Below the pieces are notes generated by a model. It saw only the letters and a program-made list of their open reading frames with translations. It ran no database searches and was not told the DNA's origin. A DNA stretch of 64,000 nt from a virus (taxonomy: Duplodnaviria; Heunggongvirae; Uroviricota; Caudoviricetes), in IMG/VR virus record IMGVR_UViG_647533160_000003; one strand, given 5' to 3'. Below are positions 59,680-64,000 of this stretch, one piece after another. The position numbers were made by a program, and so were the translations under genes. Numbering within the stretch: position 1 is the first letter of the stretch; every line of letters begins with the position of its first letter.

Positions 59680-60036
59680 ATGAGCAACCTCCAGTTAGAG
59701 CATTTTAATGTCACAGGCCATTCCGATTTTCCTTTCAAGTTTACATTGAAAGGTTATGCGGAGGATGCGGTAGGCCAGATCATTATTGATAAAGACATCG
59801 TTAAGTTTGAGGGGAATTTTGATGAATCCGCGAAAACATTCATAGACTTTGTTGCCAAACGTTGGAGCGAGCAATGGAAAGACCTTGAAAAGCGCGCCAA
59901 TGAGTTTGACCGGTTCATGGGCGCAATGGATACAGCAAAAGAGGCATTGGCTATGGCGCTCCCTGAACAAAATGACGAAGGCAGGTATGCCAGAAAGCGT
60001 GCGAGTTGCCTGAAAGTCCAGAAAGGCTCACCCTAA
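59680..60036 (+). CDS. hypothetical protein
   Basis: 118-aa ORF with conserved start context; last gene carrying element-type signals. Confidence 0.45.
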   Translation: MSNLQLEHFNVTGHSDFPFKFTLKGYAEDAVGQIIIDKDIVKFEGNFDESAKTFIDFVAKRWSEQWKDLEKRANEFDRFMGAMDTAKEALAMALPEQNDEGRYARKRASCLKVQKGSP

Positions 60037-60890
60037 ATCTGATTTATACAACAAAGCCTCAAAGTGGTCTGGGATGCTTCTTTCGCCACGCCATCCACAT
60101 TCTGTATTCTGTCCTTATGTTTCCTTCAGAGGTTACTTTATTATACTTTGTGGTCGGTGGAGAGGCTAAAACGCTTTCGAGCGTTTCACCAGCATCGAAT
60201 CGCGCGTACAGCTTGTAATCGGCGGCATTCGGGTTTGTCGGCTCACTTTTACCATGACTCATTTTTATCATCCTTTGCGATAAGGTCTTAACCCTGCCAG
60301 ACACCGGCTGCTGACGTCATAAACGAATTTTACGTCAAGTGGTAAAGCACCTTAGGGAATCGACACTTCAGAGATTTCAAATCTTAATACATAGTGAAGA
60401 TCTTACTCAATACTCGCCTGAACGGAATTATTCTTCATCACCGACAGGGGCTGCTGTGCAGTCGAAGATATTGCGCAAAAAGGACTATGGCGCTGGACTG
60501 CTGTTCGTTAACAGGAAGTGTTGATAGATTGTCGGCAGGAAGGGCTGGTAGATTAGCGGATATCTGATAGAGAACAAATACGCCGCACTATGAAGCTGGT
60601 AGCGTCAAAAAACATTGAAACTAAGGAGTCGAGCACTTCGAAAGCATTGTGTAAAGCCACGATACGAATAGATAAAAAAAGGGGAACACACTGAGACCTA
60701 AAACAGCGCACGGAGAACTATATCTTAATAGGGAAAAATAAAATTTATGAAGGGTATGCGTTGAAAACTCTTGCTATTATGTGTGTCGCATTGTTTTTTA
60801 TATTAAATGCATAAAATTTCATGTGGCATTAGAAACCTTGTACTGTTATACTTAACTATTAACAACTATTTTATTGCTATTTATTCAATA

Positions 60891-61400
60891 ATGGATACAG
60901 CGATGAACAATGTGTCTCTTTTGGAAAAGATACTTAGCTATCAAAAAAATAAAGATCAGACTTATCCTGTTCAGGAACATTTGCTAATGCTGTTATGTGT
61001 CCGGGTTAGCAATAAAATTCAAGATGTTATATCAGATGGATTTGGCAAGTACAGAATAAACAACACTATGTTTATGGTATTGTCTTTATTATATATGACA
61101 GATGATTATTGCTTATCTCCTTCTGAAATTAGTAAGGTGTTGCAGGTTACTAAACCAAACATAACGCGAATCACAGATATCTTAGAAAAGAAAGGGGTTA
61201 TTAAACGCGTTGATAATAAACACGATCGACGAGGCAAAAACTTATGCTTAACTCCGGATGGTGTTTTGTTTACGCAAAAAATGATACGTGTGAAAAATAT
61301 AATTATGAAGAAAATTTGGGAAGAGCTATCTGATGATGAACTGAAGATATTCGAGAGTGTAAGCAAAAAAATACTGAATAGTATCGATTATAAATCATGA
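60891..61400 (+). CDS. MarR-family transcriptional regulator
   Basis: Winged-helix region LSPSEISKVLQVTKPNITRITDILEKKGVIKRVDNKHDRRGKNLCLT; start at Met 60891 (ORF open from 60807); AT-rich upstream region. Confidence 0.6.
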   Translation: MDTAMNNVSLLEKILSYQKNKDQTYPVQEHLLMLLCVRVSNKIQDVISDGFGKYRINNTMFMVLSLLYMTDDYCLSPSEISKVLQVTKPNITRITDILEKKGVIKRVDNKHDRRGKNLCLTPDGVLFTQKMIRVKNIIMKKIWEELSDDELKIFESVSKKILNSIDYKS

Positions 61401-61930
61401 ACTCCGTCAAATGATTATTTGAAAACACTTGCACACCATAATGTTATTAATACGATGTACTATCAATTTCAAAGTTATCTAAGGTGAAGTCGCTTATTAA
61501 GCGATGAGTACATGCAATATATGTACTGATAGAGCATCCATTATCTAAAAGTTGCTATATAGATATGAGGTGGGCGTTATTTCTCTAAGTTATGATTCAT
61601 GAATCAGATTATTTTTTTTCGTCAATCAATGAACCATAGGAAATGAAAGAAATTTCATTCTCCATGGTTTATCTCATGTGTTGAAATGCCCCTCTCTTAT
61701 TATATGAAAAAACATTATCAACAACATTGTATTTAATTCGAGATAACGATTTAACAACATTTATTTGACAGGTATTGAATCTCGATTAATTCATGTGTTG
61801 TTACACTTTTTTGTTTGTGATAGCATCCGCGCCCCTGTTGGGGGCATAGACACTCCAATCCAAATATTTCTGGAAGCAAATGCTTTTACTCGCAGTTGCA
61901 AATGTTCGTTAACTCGTTCATCAAGAAATT

Positions 61931-64000
61931 ATGTCAATGTTACGTTTAAATAAAACCTATAAACAACAACGTTTCCGCTATTCTGCCTTGGCTAGATGTA
62001 TGGCATGGGCAAACATCTCTGTTCAGGTTCTTTTCCCATTAGCTGTCACTTTTACACCGACAATGACAGCGCGGGCGCATAATGCGGCTCTGCCTCGTCT
62101 AAGTGCGGAAAATACTGCTGTTGCTACTGACAATAATGCAGAAAAAAATATCGCGTCGGTTGCCGCGAATGCCGGTAAATTTTTAAGCAGTCAGCCGGAT
62201 AGCGATGCGACTCGCAACTTTGTTACCGGAATGGCTACTGCTAAGGCCACCCAGGAAATCCAGGAGTGGCTCGGGAAATATGGCACCGCGCGCGTCAAAC
62301 TGAATGCCGATAAAGATTTCTCGCTGAAGGATTCTTCGCTGGAAATGCTTTATCCGATATATGACACGCCGACAAATATGCTGTTCACTCAGGGGGCAAT
62401 ACATCGCACTGACGATCGCACTCAGTCAAATATTGGTTTCGGCTGGCGCCATTTCTCAGGTAATGACTGGATGGCGGGGGTGAATACCTTCATTGACCAT
62501 GATTTATCCCGTAGTCATACCCGCATTGGTATTGGTACGGAATACTGGCGTGATTATCTTAAACTGAGCGCCAATGGTTATATCCGGGCTTCTGGCTGGA
62601 AAAAATCGCCGGATGTTGAGGATTATCAGGAACGTCCGGCGAATGGCTGGGATATCCGTGCTGAGGGCTATTTACCGGCCTGGCCACAGCTTGGCGCAAG
62701 CCTGATGTATGAACAGTATTACGGCGATGAGGTAGGACTGTTTGGTAAAGATAAACGCCAGAAAAACCCACATGCTATTTCAGCTGGGGTGAACTACACG
62801 CCTGTACCTCTTCTGACCCTGAGCGCAGAGCATAAGCAGGGCAAGAGCGGTCAGAATGACACCCGTTTGGGCCTGGAAATTAACTACCGGATTGGCGAAC
62901 CTCTGGAAAAACAACTCGATACAGACAGCATTCGCGAGCGCCGTGTGCTGACAGGCAGCCGCTATGACCTGGTTGAGCGTAATAACAACATCGTTCTTGA
63001 ATACCGCAAATCTGAAGTGATCCGTATTGCTCTGCCTGAGCGTATTGAAGGTAAGAGCGGGCAGACGGTATCCCTGGGGCTTGTGGTCAGTAAAGCAACC
63101 CACGGTCTAAAAAATGTGCAGTGGGAGGCGTCGTCTTTGCTGGCTGCGGGCGGTAAAATTACCGGGCAGGGCAACCAGTGGCAAGTGACGCTCCCGGCTT
63201 ATCAGGCAGGCAAAGACAATTATTACGCGATCTCTGCGGTAGCATATGATAACAAAGGCAATGCCTCGAAGCGTGTACAGACACAGGTGGTCATTACCGG
63301 TGCGAGTATGAGTGCCGATCGTTCTGCGCTAACGCTTGACGGACAGGACAGTATCCAGATGCTTGCTAATGGTAGCTCGCAAAAAACGCTGGCGCTGTCT
63401 CTGCGCGATGCCGAGGGACAACCTATCACGGGTATGAAAGATCAGATCAAGACTGAGCTGACGTTTAAACCTGCCGGAAACATCGTAACGCGGGCTCTTA
63501 GGTCTGCTAAATCACAGACACAGCCAACATTGGGTGAGTTCACCGAAACTGAAGCAGGGGTGTATCAGTCAGTCTTCACTACTGGTACGCAATCAGGTGA
63601 AGCAACCATTACTGTGAGCATTGATGGTATGAGCAAAACCGTTACTGCCGATTTGCGTGCCACAATGATGGATGTGACAAAGTCCACTCTGAGTGTGAGT
63701 GAGCTTTCAGATGATGTGGCTGCTGATGGTCAGCAATCCTACACGCTGACGCTTACAGCGGTAGATACCGATGGCAACCCGGTGGAGGGAGAAGCCAGCC
63801 GTTTGCGCTTTGTTCCACAGGACAACAGCGGTGTTACCATTGGCACTATTTCGGAGATAAAGCCGGGGGTCTATAGCGCCACGGTTTCTTCGACCCGTGC
63901 CGGAAACGTTGTTGTGCGTGCCTTCAGCGAGCAGTATCAGCTGGGCACGTTACAACAAACGCTGAAGTTTGTTGCCGGGCCGCTTGATGCAGCACATTCG
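61931..64000 (+). CDS. fdeC: inverse-autotransporter adhesin FdeC/EaeH (intimin/invasin family), 5' partial
   Basis: Translation from 61931 (MSMLRLNKTYKQQRFRYSALARCMAWANISVQVLFPLAVTF...) matches E. coli FdeC as recalled; beta-barrel then Big-like repeats; runs off window end. Confidence 0.8.
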   Translation, partial: MSMLRLNKTYKQQRFRYSALARCMAWANISVQVLFPLAVTFTPTMTARAHNAALPRLSAENTAVATDNNAEKNIASVAANAGKFLSSQPDSDATRNFVTGMATAKATQEIQEWLGKYGTARVKLNADKDFSLKDSSLEMLYPIYDTPTNMLFTQGAIHRTDDRTQSNIGFGWRHFSGNDWMAGVNTFIDHDLSRSHTRIGIGTEYWRDYLKLSANGYIRASGWKKSPDVEDYQERPANGWDIRAEGYLPAWPQLGASLMYEQYYGDEVGLFGKDKRQKNPHAISAGVNYTPVPLLTLSAEHKQGKSGQNDTRLGLEINYRIGEPLEKQLDTDSIRERRVLTGSRYDLVERNNNIVLEYRKSEVIRIALPERIEGKSGQTVSLGLVVSKATHGLKNVQWEASSLLAAGGKITGQGNQWQVTLPAYQAGKDNYYAISAVAYDNKGNASKRVQTQVVITGASMSADRSALTLDGQDSIQMLANGSSQKTLALSLRDAEGQPITGMKDQIKTELTFKPAGNIVTRALRSAKSQTQPTLGEFTETEAGVYQSVFTTGTQSGEATITVSIDGMSKTVTADLRATMMDVTKSTLSVSELSDDVAADGQQSYTLTLTAVDTDGNPVEGEASRLRFVPQDNSGVTIGTISEIKPGVYSATVSSTRAGNVVVRAFSEQYQLGTLQQTLKFVAGPLDAAHS

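Noticed and set aside
60059-60304. 81-aa minus-strand ORF in the junction region
   Set aside because: Plausible small protein, but weak RBS spacing and no recognisable motif; not included as a feature.

Overview
This window is about 60 kb of a phage-plasmid-like element (bases 1-60036) followed by what looks like Escherichia-type chromosome: a MarR-family regulator and the 5' part of the inverse-autotransporter adhesin gene fdeC/eaeH (60891-64000). All calls are from reading the sequence and the ORF track; no database search or folding was run, so family assignments rest on motifs recognised by eye. The element is almost entirely + strand and carries a P1-type plasmid replicon (Rep gene between two iteron arrays, with five clustered GATC sites and a DnaA-box-like site), a ParA/small-partner partition pair, a near-complete replisome and recombination set, and a dNTP-synthesis module (nrdA, nrdB, thyA, dhfr, glutaredoxin). 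It also has a cluster of four tRNA genes, two DNA methyltransferases and RNase HI. The overall content resembles the SSU5/pHCM2 group of phage-plasmids, but that is from memory. Structural (capsid/tail) genes are not in this window. Several AT-rich cassettes, mostly on the minus strand, interrupt the + strand backbone. The strongest candidate for an undescribed system is a tightly coupled two-gene minus-strand operon (15025-17084) beside the tRNA cluster, whose second protein has a textbook PD-x14-ExK nuclease motif. Next to it lie a gene broken by a 625-nt run of N (17787-18411), an integrase lacking its N-terminal arm domain and an HTH regulator. Three intergenic motif families recur across the element: a roughly 22-bp palindrome GATAGGTAAG-nn-CTTACCTATC (about 18 copies), an AAAACAAyTTGTTT box upstream of seven genes, and a conserved AAAGGAAAAACACATG start context.
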